From contig NW_026262679.1 of the NCBI RefSeq assembly GCF_021869535.1, positions 89,838,001-89,902,000 on the forward strand: a DNA stretch of 64,000 nucleotides. The letters are read 5' to 3'. The first letter of the stretch is position 1. The number at the start of each line of letters is the position of its first letter. This stretch comes from Mytilus californianus (taxonomy: Eukaryota). Below the pieces are notes generated by a model that was not told the DNA's origin, did not search any database, and was given only the letters and a program-made list of their open reading frames with translations. This document shows, one piece after another, positions 50,701 to 63,462 of this stretch. A program made the position numbers and the translations under genes.

Positions 50701-53700
50701 TAGTTTGACCCCAGGAGTGTAAGGAATAAATCGAAAAAAGAATGCATGCTAAGCATACTAATGCTTTTGAAGAGAAAATTGAAAATATTTGTTGAACGGA
50801 CAGACTGGTGGACGGACAGACAGGGTGATTGTAATATGAGTGCGGGTACAATATTTTGTCAGTGTATGTATCTTAGATGCTAGTGGTAAGGAAGTCTGGA
50901 TCAAAACGGGGTAATCTTTACTTGCTAAAAAATATTTTTTACTATTTAGAATAATAATTGCATGCCTACTGGATATTAGTACAATAGCAAGTCACAAGGA
51001 TAAAGGAAGCTGTGAAACACCATTTTACAATAAAAACTAAGCTTTTTGATACAAAGAAACAAGGAGAAAAATCAAACAAATTATGCAACAAAAAGTGATA
51101 TCAAAACAAAACAAGTGTTGCTAGAATAATAATATATGCACTTAAAGCATAAAATATATAAACAAGTTTTTATTGAATATGGAATTGACTGGTAGCAGGC
51201 TTGCCTCGATTACGGGTTCAATTATTTTGTTGAACAATTCGATCCAGCGAATCGCTATCATTTCATCATCCTTAATATATATGTAATATTTATCGCTGGA
51301 TATAAGACATACATCAGTATCATCATCATCATAAATATTATAGCTTGAGGCTTAATCTTCGTCGTATTTATTATAGCTTGTGAGTTTTATAGCTTGAGGC
51401 TAAATTCTTATCTGATATTTTAGCCAATTTATGTCGAGAACTTATTTTATGCATGCATCTCTTTGCTACATAATTTTTATAAATGTCCAAGTTAAAGCCA
51501 ATAGAGATCATAGAAGTATGCTTATCAAATGATCATGTCTACTCATAATTATAACAGTAAGAAAGGGATTGACTCGTCCGACTAAAACGAAGCACAAAAA
51601 CAGCAATTACTAGTATTTCAAAATAAACTCCATGTACCGATCTTACAGTATTCACAGCTACTGAACACTCTTAAAAACAACTACAACTAATAAATACAGA
51701 ATAATTATCCAGTCTAGAATATTAATCAATTATTTCGTACTGTTACACCACTGTCCCAGGTAAGTGGGCCCGTTAACATGTTTAACTCTGACACATTATG
51801 TATGGCGGTGACTGTCCCAAGTAAGGAGCCTGTAATTCAGTGGTTATCATTTGTAGCTGTGCTTTCGTTCATTTTTTTGTACATTAATTAGGCCGTTAGT
51901 TTTATCGTTTTTGTTGTTTTACATTTGTCATTTTGTGACCTCTTACAGCTGAGTATTCGGTATGGGCTTTGCTCATTGTTGAAGATCGTACGGTGGCCTA
52001 TAGTTGTTAATTTCTGTGTCATTTGGTCTCTTGTGAAGAGTTGTCTCATTGGTAATCATACTACATCTTCTTTTTTGTACATATCACAAATTAAGTAAAA
52101 AAGTACATAAACACTATAGAAAAGCAAGACCTTGTGTCATGTCAAAAGCACAGAGTGTCTGTAGGACCATTAGTGTTCATAATTGTATAGCAGATTATAT
52201 GTAGTTTCTATAAAATGTAATGATAATTTATCAGTAAAAGATACCTGATTATTTGTTAGTGGGATTATATATAACTTAATAAATGAATATTTATATATTA
52301 AAAGAAACATCAGAAACAAGAATATGTGTCCATTAGATCACACGCCAGTATCACATTTCCGTGTTAAGTGAGCTCAAAATCCAGGAAAAATCCAATTCAG
52401 TATGTAGTCTTAAACTTTTAAATCTCGTGCGAGATGTCTAATGTTCAAACATTGTTGTTTTTAAAACGTATTTATCAAAGTCAAACGACAATCATTTAAT
52501 TTTTTTTTGTGCTATACAATTTGTGATTATGGCCGGATCCAAGATATTTGAAAGAGGGCGTAGTTCCCGATAATTGAATTTATACTGCCGAGCGAAGCAA
52601 CGCGAAAAAATAATGGACGATTTTATACTAAACATTTGTATAGATAACGTGGAAAATTGAGATGTTCAAAATTACTTGGCGATCGAAAGGGGGGAGTACG
52701 CCCTCTACCCCTGTATCCGCGAATGCACGTTTAGGTATACATGATCAAAATCTCGTCCCATGCATTATTATAGTTAAAGACTAAAAAGTACTTTTGATAA
52801 ATGTATCAATGATATGAATTTCTGCCGACGTCAAATTATCTTGAATCAAATTATAGTATATAATTATTCTTAAAAGTTAGTCGCGTACACCTTTTACATT
52901 CGGGTGTGTTGGAATACACTTTTTAAACGTTAAAACTTATAAAAACAAAAAAAGAGATAGCCTTCTCGCTTCGGATTTCATTATTTCAATATTTTCATGC
53001 TAAATGTTTACTTGGTAGTTTTAAAATTCATGTGTTGAGAAGAACTGAAATATGGGTCAAGTGAAAAGACAAGAAATGATGGGTGTATTTGATTATAAGT
53101 TGCTAGCTTATTTATTCCATTAAAATATTTTTGTCAATAAAATCATTAAACATTTAATAACAAAATATTTGAAGATTAAAAAAAGTAGTTGGGGTTGATT
53201 TTGACATTAAGTTTATATCAGCAAAAAATGCGTGTTCAAAGAGCAAAAAATGCATGCAGTGTATGCTCCCCTCCGTCATGCTTTGATGCAATAGGACGGT
53301 ATACGTTGATTTAGGTCGGTTATGTCGAGTAAAGTCATTTTATTGGAAATCTCTAATATGACATTGACCTTCATAACATAATAAACTGGTTTCAACTTTT
53401 TTGTATGACTGGGACCCCTATAGTCTGTTTCTCACATAGTAATTACTTTCACTTTCACTCCGGTGTAAACTTTCATCTAGGACATAAAAGTATGAGTTTA
53501 TATGGTTTACCTACTAAAGGTAAATTAAAATATTGGTAAGTCAAATATTAAAAGACGTTATTTGTCATTTTTTCTTCAATGAGAAAAAGATTCTGTTCAG
53601 GGGCCCAGCCATTTTCAAAAAAAGGGGGGGGGGGGGCAACCTAGGATAAAGGGGAGTTCCAACCATATGTACCCATTCAAATGCACTGATAGTCCTAAAA

Positions 53701-56700
53701 AGGGGGGTTTCCTGGAACCCCAACCCAGACCCGCCACTGCTGTTATAGATACATTTCTTAAATTTCCCCTTTTAATCCAAAAGAAAGAAAGATTAACCTA
53801 GGTTACCCTACAGTACAATTTATAATTTTTAATATTGCTCTCATGTGGATCAATTATAGAAAATAAAGATGCATTAGCACAATTGATTTAATTAATATTA
53901 AAATCATGTTTTCCTAGTTTGAAACAATATTATTGAGTCATAATTTGTGGGTCTATACATGCATTTTACATCAGTTATCATGGTTATTCATTGTGTTTTC
54001 TGAAATTTAAAGCAAATATACACTTGTAGTTGGAAATGTTTGGACACCCCCTTTTAAGATTACCATTACAAGACTTTTAGAAAATGGATTCAAATAAATT
54101 TTATTTTTTAGTCCACTGTTGCATGATCCCAAATAATCCTCTCTTTGAAACTCTTGCTACACCTCTTAATTAGAAAAATATAATAATTAATAAAGATAAT
54201 TTGTTACATATAAATATGTTTATGCTATTACAACATTTCTATCTTCTTTGCATTATATATAATCTTCTATTATTTGCAGGTAAATTCACAAACATAAATG
54301 CAAACTGGCCAGGTAGCAGTCATGATTCCCACATATTCAGGACTTCACAAGTATGTATTTTATTGCCATGTTGGTCATCTTTATTTAGTCATATTCCCTT
54401 TCAAGCACTATATATTAACAGTAAGATACTTCTTATTTTCTCAATACAAATTCAAAATCTCTTATCTTGGATTGGTCACCACTGCGGGAAGTCAAAATCT
54501 TCTTCTTGGACATAAACCCCCTATTTTTATTGCTTGTCATCATTAATATTTTTTCCCTTTTTGTCATTACACATAAAGGTGTAAAAATGCCAATCTGAGG
54601 ACTTTTGAATTTCATTTCCAAATAATGAATTTATCATTTGATATTTATATATAATTAATCATTTTAGCATAATAAAATTTTGATTAATGAAAGAAAGGCT
54701 AATACATTATATATTAAATTGCAATTGTATTTCCATATCATAACAGATAAGAAAAGGATTTATATGTTAAAAAAATCTATTATTCCATATATAAAGAAGT
54801 TTTAAGTGGGAGCTATGTTAAAAAAAAAATATTGAGATACAATAACTTAAAAAAGAATATAGAAATATCTTTAGTAAATGATATATATGTTAAAAAATCA
54901 ATTATTCTATATATATAAAGAAGCAAACAATTAGTTTTAAGAGGTGGCTATGTTAAAAAAATATTGATATACCATAACTGAAAAAGGAATATAGAAAAAT
55001 AGTCTTGCTCAATATTATTTAAGGTAAATAGTGTAACTCCTCCGTGAAGCTGAATATATACATTTAAATTATATAAATGGTAGTTTTAACCAAATATATG
55101 ATGTAAAAAGAAATATAAACCTTTATGTATAGGTGTGTACCTACATGGAACAAAATGGTGGATGGGCAAATGGTGTACTGCTTGGGGATAGTGGTTATCC
55201 TTGTCGTCCATTTTTGATGACCCCATACAAGAATCCTGTACAAGATCATCAGAAAAAGTACAATAGATGCCACTGTTCAACAAGAAGTGTGATTGAGAGA
55301 ACATTTGGGAGGCTGAAGAGACGGTTCCATATATTACACTCAGAGGTAAAGCATAAAAAAAAATCTTTAAACAAATGATCAGTAATAAAACTAAAAAACA
55401 CAGCTGATAAAAAATAATGTGGATATACATGTACTTTTATCAGGTGCACATTTCAACACCAAAATTCCCCACTACAAAATAAATTTCATGACCAAAAAAA
55501 AAACATTTGTGGGGGCAAAATAAGGGGTGGGCTAATGGGATATATTTGGGACAATGAATGTTGGTGTATTCATTAGAAACAAACTATTTTTTTATATGAC
55601 TACATAAACTTTGCATTCATATTTTTGACCTCAAGGTTCAATGCCACAATAGGAAGGTAGGGATAGGTAATGGGTGTTTTGGTCCCAACTGTTTAGGAAT
55701 AAGGGGCCGAAAAGGGGCCAGAACAAGCATTTTTCTAGTTTTCCAGACAATAACTTGTTTATTATTGTATGGATCTCTCTGAAGTTGTACTACAAGGTTC
55801 TATATCACAAAGGGAAGTTTGATTAAAAGAAAAAGTTGTGTAATTAAGTATATATAGTCAGAAAACTGAATAATCCAGCAATTTATTTATAAAAAACTTG
55901 CCCCCATCAGCAGGTGAATGGTCAGTGCCACTAGCACATCACTTTGACAACATAAATTTGAAACTTTCAACTAATATATCAAAGTACAACATCATTATGT
56001 AGTATTATGTTATATTACACTCTAAAGTGGGTTTTTTTGTCGAGCCTGCGACATAGGGATAGTGATCCGGCGGCGGCTACGGCGGCTTTAGGTAACTTCT
56101 TAAAAGCTTTATATTTTAGAAGGTGGAAAGCCTGGATGCTTCATACTTTTTATATAGATGCCTTATGTTACGAAGTTTCCGTCTGTCACATGTCCATTGT
56201 CCTTGACCTCATTTCCATGGTTCATTGACTACTTGAAAAAAAAAGTTGTGATTTTTTGTAATGTTAATTTCTCTCTTATTATGAGTAATAGGATAACTAT
56301 ATTTGGTATGTGCGTACAGACAGTCAGACAGTTTTCACTTGACCTCGACCTCATTTCATGGATCAGTGAACAAGGTTAAGTTTTGGTGGTCAAGTCCATA
56401 TCTCAGATACTATAAGCAATAGGTCTAGTTATTGGTGTATGGAAGGATTGTAAGGTGTACATGTCCAACTGGCAGGTGTCATCTGACTTTGACCTCATTT
56501 TCACGGTTCATTGCTCAGTGTTAAGATTATGTGTTTCAGTCTATTTTTCTTAAACTATAAGCAATAGGTCAGCTATATTTGTTGTATGGAAGGATTGTAA
56601 GCTGTTCATGTCTGCCTGGCATGGTTCATCTGACCTTGACCTCATTTTCACGATTCATTGGTCAATGTTTAGTTTTCTTGGTTAAATCTGTTTCTAATAG

Positions 56701-57355
56701 AAACTATAAGCAATAGGGCAACTATATTTAGTGTATTGAATGATTGTAAGGTGTACATGTATTTCTCGTTTGGTTTATATGACATTGACTTCATTTTCTT
56801 GGATCATGTTTATGTAATAGTTGTAGTAAAGCTTTCATTTAGGACTATCAACATAATATCAATGGTTAGTAAAGAAGGCGAGACATTTCAGCTTGTGCAC
56901 TCTTGTTAAAGCTTACTTGGTGTGAGCAAAGGCTCCCATGTTGAATGCCATACTGTAAACTATTATATTTGATTACTTTAACAACAGAGAATGGTCTCAT
57001 TGCCACTCATACCACAGCTTCTTATTTTTATACATTGTATATACATATATTCAATGTCAACTTTTGAAACTTTATAGAATACTAATTTAGCAAAATGCTG
57101 ATATGAAGACGATTATTAAGTGTAACATATTAAGTTATGATTTTTTTTAAATTTCAGATAAGAATGACACCTGGCAAGGCATGCAAAATAATAATTGCTT
57201 GTGCTATTCTCCACAATATATGCATTTTGTTGAATGAACCTGACATTGAAGATGACGGAGTAATTGTAGGCAATGATGGTGATCTTGGGGAACATTTCAA
57301 TGGTCATCAAGATGGAAGAGCTGCAACTCATACACATCATCTACAGTTCTCTTAG
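47734..57355 (+). CDS. Harbinger (HARBI1-like, DDE_Tnp_4) transposase, 5 exons, 338 aa
   Basis: Exons 47734-48007, 48230-48490, 54280-54350, 55133-55345 and 57158-57355, all GT-AG and in phase (1017 nt, no internal stop). Motifs [61 protein letters not shown] triad intact. Confidence 0.92.
49870..50208 (+). mobile_element. Family A copy nested in transposase intron 2
   Basis: caccactgtcccagg...ggcaatcataccatatctcc. Confidence 0.7.
51735..52078 (+). mobile_element. Family A copy nested in transposase intron 2
   Basis: ctgttacaccactgtcccagg...gagttgtctcattggtaatcatactacatcttc. Confidence 0.7.
53597..53740. mobile_element. Short G-run MITE nested in transposase intron 2
   Basis: caggggcccagcc...G-run...gacccgccactg; CAGGGG/CCACTG ends. 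Confidence 0.45.
56039..56907 (+). mobile_element. HINE/Helentron-like element with ~145-bp internal tandem repeats, nested in transposase intron 4
   Basis: Follows a T-run, starts gtcgagcctgcgac..(GGC)n and ends ...gtgcactcttgtt. The tgacctcattt..gg(t/a)tca motif recurs at ~56205, 56345, 56490, 56636 and 56790. Confidence 0.65.
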
Positions 57356-59457
57356 CTTTCTTCTTCTGCTTACTCTCACTGAAATATAGATTTTTTACTA
57401 TTTGGTAATTCTATTAATTTCACTTAATATTAGTAGATGTGTTAATACTATATCATTGCCAATGAGACAATTATCCAAAGAGCCCAAAGGAGGCAGATTT
57501 GATCAAATTCATATCACCGTACACAGCCTTTAACAATGAGGAAACCCCATACTGTTTAGTCTCTTATAAAAGAAATGACATGACATGACAATATGTGAAA
57601 CATTAAATAAAAAAACAACATGATTAATGACAAATAAGCTAAAAACAAATATTTAACAGACAGCAACCCAAGTCATTCTTAATTGGGACAGGCATTAACG
57701 AAATGTGGTAATAGTAAACGTGCTTGTGAGAACTCAATTGTTCTTTCCTAATCAGGGTCAATGGTGTAATATATTACAAAATAACATATCTGAGAACAAA
57801 CTTAAAATCCGTACGAAAAAGTTATTCTCATCAGACTCGCTAAACAACTAGTGTAAATACATCAAAGACAGTGCTGTATTTTTACATATGAAACATATAC
57901 CTGGGTTTTGGTGGTTGCTGAGTGCAAGTCTGTATTTGTGCAGGTACTGGTAGGCTGGCAGGAACAGTCGCACTAGGATGTGTTAACTCTTCATTTCTCT
58001 GGTGAATCTGCTCAAGTCTCCTTATCCAGATATCTTCCACAGAAGATGGTAAATCTAAAAATTGAAAATTGGTTTACATCAAGATTTTGCTCAGTTCAGT
58101 GCATGATATGTGTTTAGTATATGTTTTTGAAAATTAATTCATATTTGCATTTGAATGTGTTGGTTATGATACACAGATGCAGATATAGAGTGGTCTAGGG
58201 TCCCGCTTATGGGGCCTCATGTTTGGTTTATGCGAAGACTTTTTACAGGCCCATTTCTAACACTTCCTTTATGAAGCCCCTTTTTCAAAATCCTGAATAG
58301 GCCTCTTAATACTATTGTACAAGATTCAAAATGAATGGACAACCAAATAAATAGAACAACATAGATTGGGGAAGGGTATTGTAAAAATTAATAACTGAAT
58401 ATAAGTTATAATTCTATCAATAAGTGTGACAAATAGAACAATAATAGAAAATATATGAAAATCATTTGATTTAACTTATATGAAATGCAGAATTGAAAAA
58501 AAATTACTAAACCAATTTAATTATCTACGTAATAAATACCTTCAACAGTCTGGCATGTGGGAGTAGCATTCAGTGCTGGAACTGGTGAGACAGGTACTGC
58601 AGTATATATCTGGTCAGATGTTATGCTGTCTGAAATGTAAAAAGACTTAATAATTTTGTTTTGTTTGATTTAAAGAACTGAATTGATAGTTTATACTCTT
58701 CATAATAGAACCATTTCTAATGGAATATTGCACATGAATGATGGTATACAATTGTCTCTTTCTTCCCAAGTTTTCATATCAATATATAAATACATGTATA
58801 TGACAGTAGAATAGACAGATCTTGAGTACATGTAAAATCACATAGTGACTGACATGTCATGAAACATCTTATGATGTAATGAAGTTTAGAATAGTGCATA
58901 AATCACAAGTATTTTTGAATGCATGAAATAATTTATAAAGCAGTTATTATACAAATGTATTGGCTTACATAAAAAGAATTAATTTCTATGGACATATCAT
59001 CCCTTATTGATCAATTTACTGACAAAGTCATACCATATAAAATATATTTATTCCTGTTACTCTCCATTTACTGACCCATGCATGGTCACCGTAAATTATG
59101 TTATAACTGCATTTAAACATTTTATTAACAATCCTTGTTTTCTATAAACCTTCATTAAGAACTGCAATTTTAAAAACCATGCATATGAAACTGTTGTTTA
59201 TATCTTTAATACTAATAAGTTACTATTTTAAAGGTTCCAGATATAATTAAATCAGGTAACAAATTGATTGCACTTCTTTGAAGAAACTTGAATTTCATGC
59301 ATAATAATAAAGTCTCATAGGCACTAAAAACACATCTACTTATATTTATAAAATAAAATTTCTTTAGTAATTTATAGTCATGTGTATGAATTATGTACTT
59401 TATATAGATACACACCTTCTGAATGTCTGCTATTACATGTTTCTTGCTGAGAAACCC
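57297..59457 (-). CDS. Harbinger second (accessory) gene, partial: four in-phase exons; N-terminal Myb/SANT part not found
   Basis: Minus-strand exons 59416-59457 (42 nt), 58540-58629 (90), 57901-58054 (154) and 57297-57378 (82), with GT-AG and consistent phases 1-1-2. Product is S/T/P-rich and ends ...[25 protein letters not shown] candidate ATG (AAAATGG) lies at 59779 but no clean donor was found. Confidence 0.65.
57452..57770 (-). mobile_element. Decayed family A copy in an accessory-gene intron
   Basis: cattgccaatgagacaa...gggacaggca matches family A loosely. Confidence 0.55.
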
Positions 59458-60914
59458 CTGAAAAAAAAAATCAAATGATAAGTTCTAAAATAATTAGGCA
59501 CAAAGAAAGATAACTCAATTATGTTTTTATACTGCATGCTATTTTGAAAAGGACTATAAACATGTCACAATATCCGTGGCAAATGATTCATTGCAAGTGC
59601 CTTGAAGATGGTATTAACAATTTAATATTATTTTTATAATTATTATATGTTCAAGTAAATCAATTTTGTATGGAATTTTTACCAAACTTAATTTTTTTTA
59701 ATTTTTAAAAAAAAATTTTCAATGTGGCAAATGTTGATATAAGGGGCATTGCAAAATTGGAGGTTTGTTGTTCAGCCATTTTTAAACAGGAAGTGGAGGA
59801 ATTTTAGGTAAAAATTTTGGAATTATGGGAAAATGTTAAAAAAAACCAGTTACTAAATTTTTTAACAAGTAGTTAGTTAACTCAGTCGTTAAATATTTTT
59901 GAACAACATAATTTAACGCAGTAATTAGCTAACAACAATGTTAAAATTTAACGAGTCGTTAGGCTTAACTTGTCGTTAGCTTAACGACACTTTTGAACAA
60001 CCGGGCCCTGAGCTTAGAAATAATACTTTATATCATAGTCTGTAAATGTAATCAGATAAGAAAAAAAAAAGAAAGATGAAACCTTTACCCGGTAAATAAT
60101 TTGTGGGAAATTGTATTGTTAGTCAGTAAAAAAACACGTCCTCACCATAAATTATGAATACTTAGTAGTCTATCATGCATTGCAACTAATTCGCCTGATT
60201 GGTCAAGGACCCAGGTAAAATGGTATGAGTATTATGTTGACAGCTAATATATTGGCGGGAACGTCAGTAAGCTAAATTATGCATACCCGTCATAGCTAGT
60301 TTATCGCTGATCAAATGTCATAAATCGATAAAGAAAATAAAATAAGGTAAAAAAGATGATGAAATGGTGATAGATTGACAATATTATCGTTGTAAATATG
60401 CCTGTCTACTGTTATATTTCTGGTATATCATGAACGACATTTTGGTTTAAAAAGCAATGTTAATTTATTATTAATTAAGTCAGCTTTTTTATTCAAGTTC
60501 GGTCTTCAGTAGCTTATTTTATACAATACTGAGAACATCGCTGAAGAGACATACCTTATAAAATTAGTAAAACTGGTATCGTTAATGTTATGCAAGATTT
60601 ATAGATCATTGATGGTATTTCTAACGAGAGGGTGTTACTCAGTCAACGAAGGGCAATTTTTGAAGGATCAAAGGTAATTCTGTTCATTGCTATTTTAGAT
60701 TTGATGTATATATGTTATATTGAATTTGTAAAATCACTGAATTGATAAATGATTTTATAAAATCCCTGAATTTGATCAGGGATTTTACAAAATCCCTGAA
60801 ATAATTAAGACATTTTTTATTACAGATCCACTGATTCAATACAGTGATTTTGTAAAATAATCAATCTTTTGTTTAAATAATTCTTTAAGAAAAGACAAAA
60901 GACTACACCAGTAA

Positions 60915-61210
60915 CACTTAACATGTTTGTGGTAATTTTTCCTTTACCATTATTACAAAAGAGAGGCGAAAGATATCAGAGGGACATTCAAACTCATAAG
61001 TCGAAAATAAACTGACAACGCAATGGCTAAAAAAGACAAAAACAATAAACAAACAATAGTATAAAAAACACAACATAGAAAAAAAAGACTGAGCAACACG
61101 AAACCACCAAAAACTGGGGGTGATCATAGGTGCTCCGAAAGGGTAAGCAGATCCTGCTCCACATGTATCACCCATCATGTTGCTAATGTTAGTACAAACC
61201 CGGTAACAAG
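60915..61210 (-). mobile_element. Family B Penelope-like 3' tail
   Basis: aaaagagaggcgaaagatatcagagggacattcaaactc...gggtaagcagatcctgctccacatg matches 7135-7390. Confidence 0.8.
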
Positions 61211-61641
61211 GTGAGCAGTTTTTCAAGGGAACCTGAGGGAGAAATTAAAATTATATATGGAACCGGGACAAATATGAGTAAATTATGAAACATATTGCTT
61301 AAGAACTACAAAAAGACATAACAAGCAAACGTTTCTATCTTGTTCGAAAGCTTGTTAATGTTAAGTGCTTCAGTCTGTAAATGCTGAAAGTATAAAAAAA
61401 AATATCTATTTTCAAAATAAAGTATAAAGGCAGTATATTGAATTGAAAACATTGGTTAAATAAACACATTCAAGAAGTTATAAATTGATTGGTATAAGTC
61501 ATGTCTTCCAGTAGCAAGTATTAAATGCATATTAGGACGAGAATATATAATATATAAATATGATTTTACAAAATCCCTGAAACTGTTAGGGATTAACAAA
61601 TTCACTAATTATTCCTGATTTTACAAATTCACTGTAACATA

Positions 61642-62359
61642 TACCGTATATCATTTTTTTTTTGCTTATGTTTAATTTTCGCTTTGTTCGCGGCAGCTAA
61701 AGAAACACAAAAAATTGACCCCGCGTAAATTCCCTATATATTTCAAGATTTATCGTCGTCTGAAAGTTTCATACATTACACTGTTAATTATCGAGTCGTT
61801 CGTGTTGTTCAACAGATCAAAAGAATGTGCATATTTAATTAAGATCTCTATTTTCATAATAATTTATTTAAATTGGCTGATTATACATGTCACACCTTTT
61901 GACAACACAGCAATCAGTGACATGTTAAGAAATGTTAATTAGCGACGATCTACTGATTGGTGTCATAACACTAACATTTTGCCTTTAAGGTGGTATGGGA
62001 GTACAAATAAAAAATGATAGAATTTTTTCATACTTTGTCAAAACGTAGTATATATTGTGATATATTCAAAAAAATAAAAAACATGATAGGTCACCGAGCT
62101 TTTTCTCAAGCTACGATTGTGAAAAGTGACATATTTTGTTCTCTGCTAATTTGCAATCCAAGATGGCGAACGATACCCAATACTACCTTAATGTAAAAAT
62201 AAAGTGAAATTATTGTTATTAAAACAGGCATTTTTTGTAAATTTTTAATGATCCAAAACCTTCAACGTTTAGCGAAAATTAAACACAGTGAAATATAACC
62301 TGCCCATTTTGTCACCAAATCACGAAAAAAGCCGACGCGAAAAAACCCAATATACGGTA
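61642..62359. mobile_element. Second copy of the TACCGTA MITE (opposite orientation), interrupted by a nested MITE
   Basis: taccgtatatc start and aatatacggta end. Internal gacaacacagcaatcagtgacatg is the reverse complement of 25765-25790. Confidence 0.65.
61989..62187. mobile_element. 199-bp MITE with TTAA target duplication (Kolobok- or piggyBac-like)
   Basis: TTAA|GGTGGTATGGG...CCCAATACTACC|TTAA (TSDs 61985-61988 and 62188-62191). GG termini fit Kolobok better than piggyBac (CC). Confidence 0.6.
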
Positions 62360-62689
62360 TATACATCGTACTCGGACTTCATTTTAACTGAGTTTTTCTG
62401 TGTATCTTGCTGTGTGTTTATTTATTTCATATTGGCAAGAGGTATAGTAATAAACTAAATTATGGTGTTAACCAATTGTTATCTGGTTGAGAATGTCTGT
62501 TGTAAAGTTGTCACATGTTTAGACATGGTAAGTAACATTATCATCCTTTACGACAGACAAAACACAGCATATCTGAAAGTTACACCATCTACCTGCCATT
62601 ATACATCATGTACTGTGTTGCAACCCTAGATAAAGCCGACGAGGAAAAGCTTTACTCGACCAACGAATGCTATATTTTATATAGACTAG

Positions 62690-62820
62690 TTTGTCGGGTG
62701 TTCTAGGCCGCTGAACACAGTGCAGGCGGTATTGCCACGATGTCACAGAAGCAGCTTTTCGAATCCCGCTGAGGGTGGAACAAAAATTTGCTAACGCAAT
62801 TTTTTAGATCGAACATTGTT
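62690..62820 (+). mobile_element. Decayed tRNA-derived SINE, same family as the 20829-21106 arms
   Basis: ttcgaatcccgctgagggtggaacaaaaatttgc...agatcgaacattgtt. Confidence 0.55.
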
Positions 62821-63073
62821 TATTGTTATTGTTTCGTCCCCGAGGGTATCGCCAACCCAGTAGTCAGCACTTCGGTGTTGACATGAATATCAATTATATG
62901 GTCATTTTTATAAATTTCCTGTTACAAAACTTTGAATTTTTCGAAAAACTAAGGATTTTCTTATCCCAGGAATAGATTACCTTAGCCGTATTTGGCACAA
63001 CTTTTTTGGAATTTTGAGTCCTCAATGCTCTTCAACTTTGTATTTGTTTGGCTTTATAACTATTTTGATCTGA

Positions 63074-63117
63074 GCGTCACTGATGAGTCTTATGTAGACG
63101 AAACGCGCGTCTGGCGT
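63074..63117 (+). ncRNA. Minimal type I hammerhead ribozyme (355-bp family), intact
   Basis: gcgtca-CTGATGA-gtct(tatgt)agac-GAAA-cgcgcg-T-C-tggcgt. Palindromic stem III ACGCGCGT, GUC triplet, predicted cleavage after C63111. Confidence 0.92.
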
Positions 63118-63427
63118 ATTAAATTATAATCCTGGTACCTTTAATAACTATTTACACCACTGGGTCGATACCACTGCTGGTGGACGTTTCGTCCCCGAGG
63201 GTATCGCCAGCCCAGTAGTCAGCACTTCGGTGTTGACATGAATATCAATTATATGGTCATTTTTATAAATTTCCTGTTACAAAACTTTGAATTTTTCGAA
63301 AAACTAAGGATTTTCTTTTCCCAGGAATAGATTACCTTAGCCGTATTTGGCACAACTTTTTGGAATTTTGGGTCCTCAATGCTCTTCAACTTTGTACTTG
63401 TTTGGCTTTATTACTATTTTGATCTGA

Positions 63428-63462
63428 GCGTCACTGATGTAGACGAAACGCGCGTCTGGCGT
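63428..63462 (+). ncRNA. Hammerhead copy with a 9-nt deletion (predicted inactive)
   Basis: gcgtcactgatg|tagacgaaacgcgcgtctggcgt lacks agtcttatg relative to 63074-63117. Confidence 0.85.

Larger units (their letters stand above)
47552..60007 (+). mobile_element. PIF/Harbinger DNA transposon, 12,456 bp
   Basis: Perfect 34-bp TIRs GGCCCGGTTGTTCAAAAGTGTCGTTAAGCTAACG (47552-47585, 59974-60007). 3-bp TSD CTG (47549-47551, 60008-60010). Subterminal GTCGTTA/TAACGAC repeats. Two convergent spliced genes inside. Confidence 0.95.

Noticed and set aside
60535-60552. acatcgCTGAAGAgacat, matching the 5' half of the 538-family hammerhead
   Set aside because: The 3' half (tgtcGAAA...) is absent and the flanks do not match the 538-bp unit. 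At most a relic or chance match.
60730-60860. Short gattttacaaaatccctgaa repeats (also 61560-61635)
   Set aside because: Ordinary degenerate minisatellite or subterminal repeats. No termini or function could be supported.
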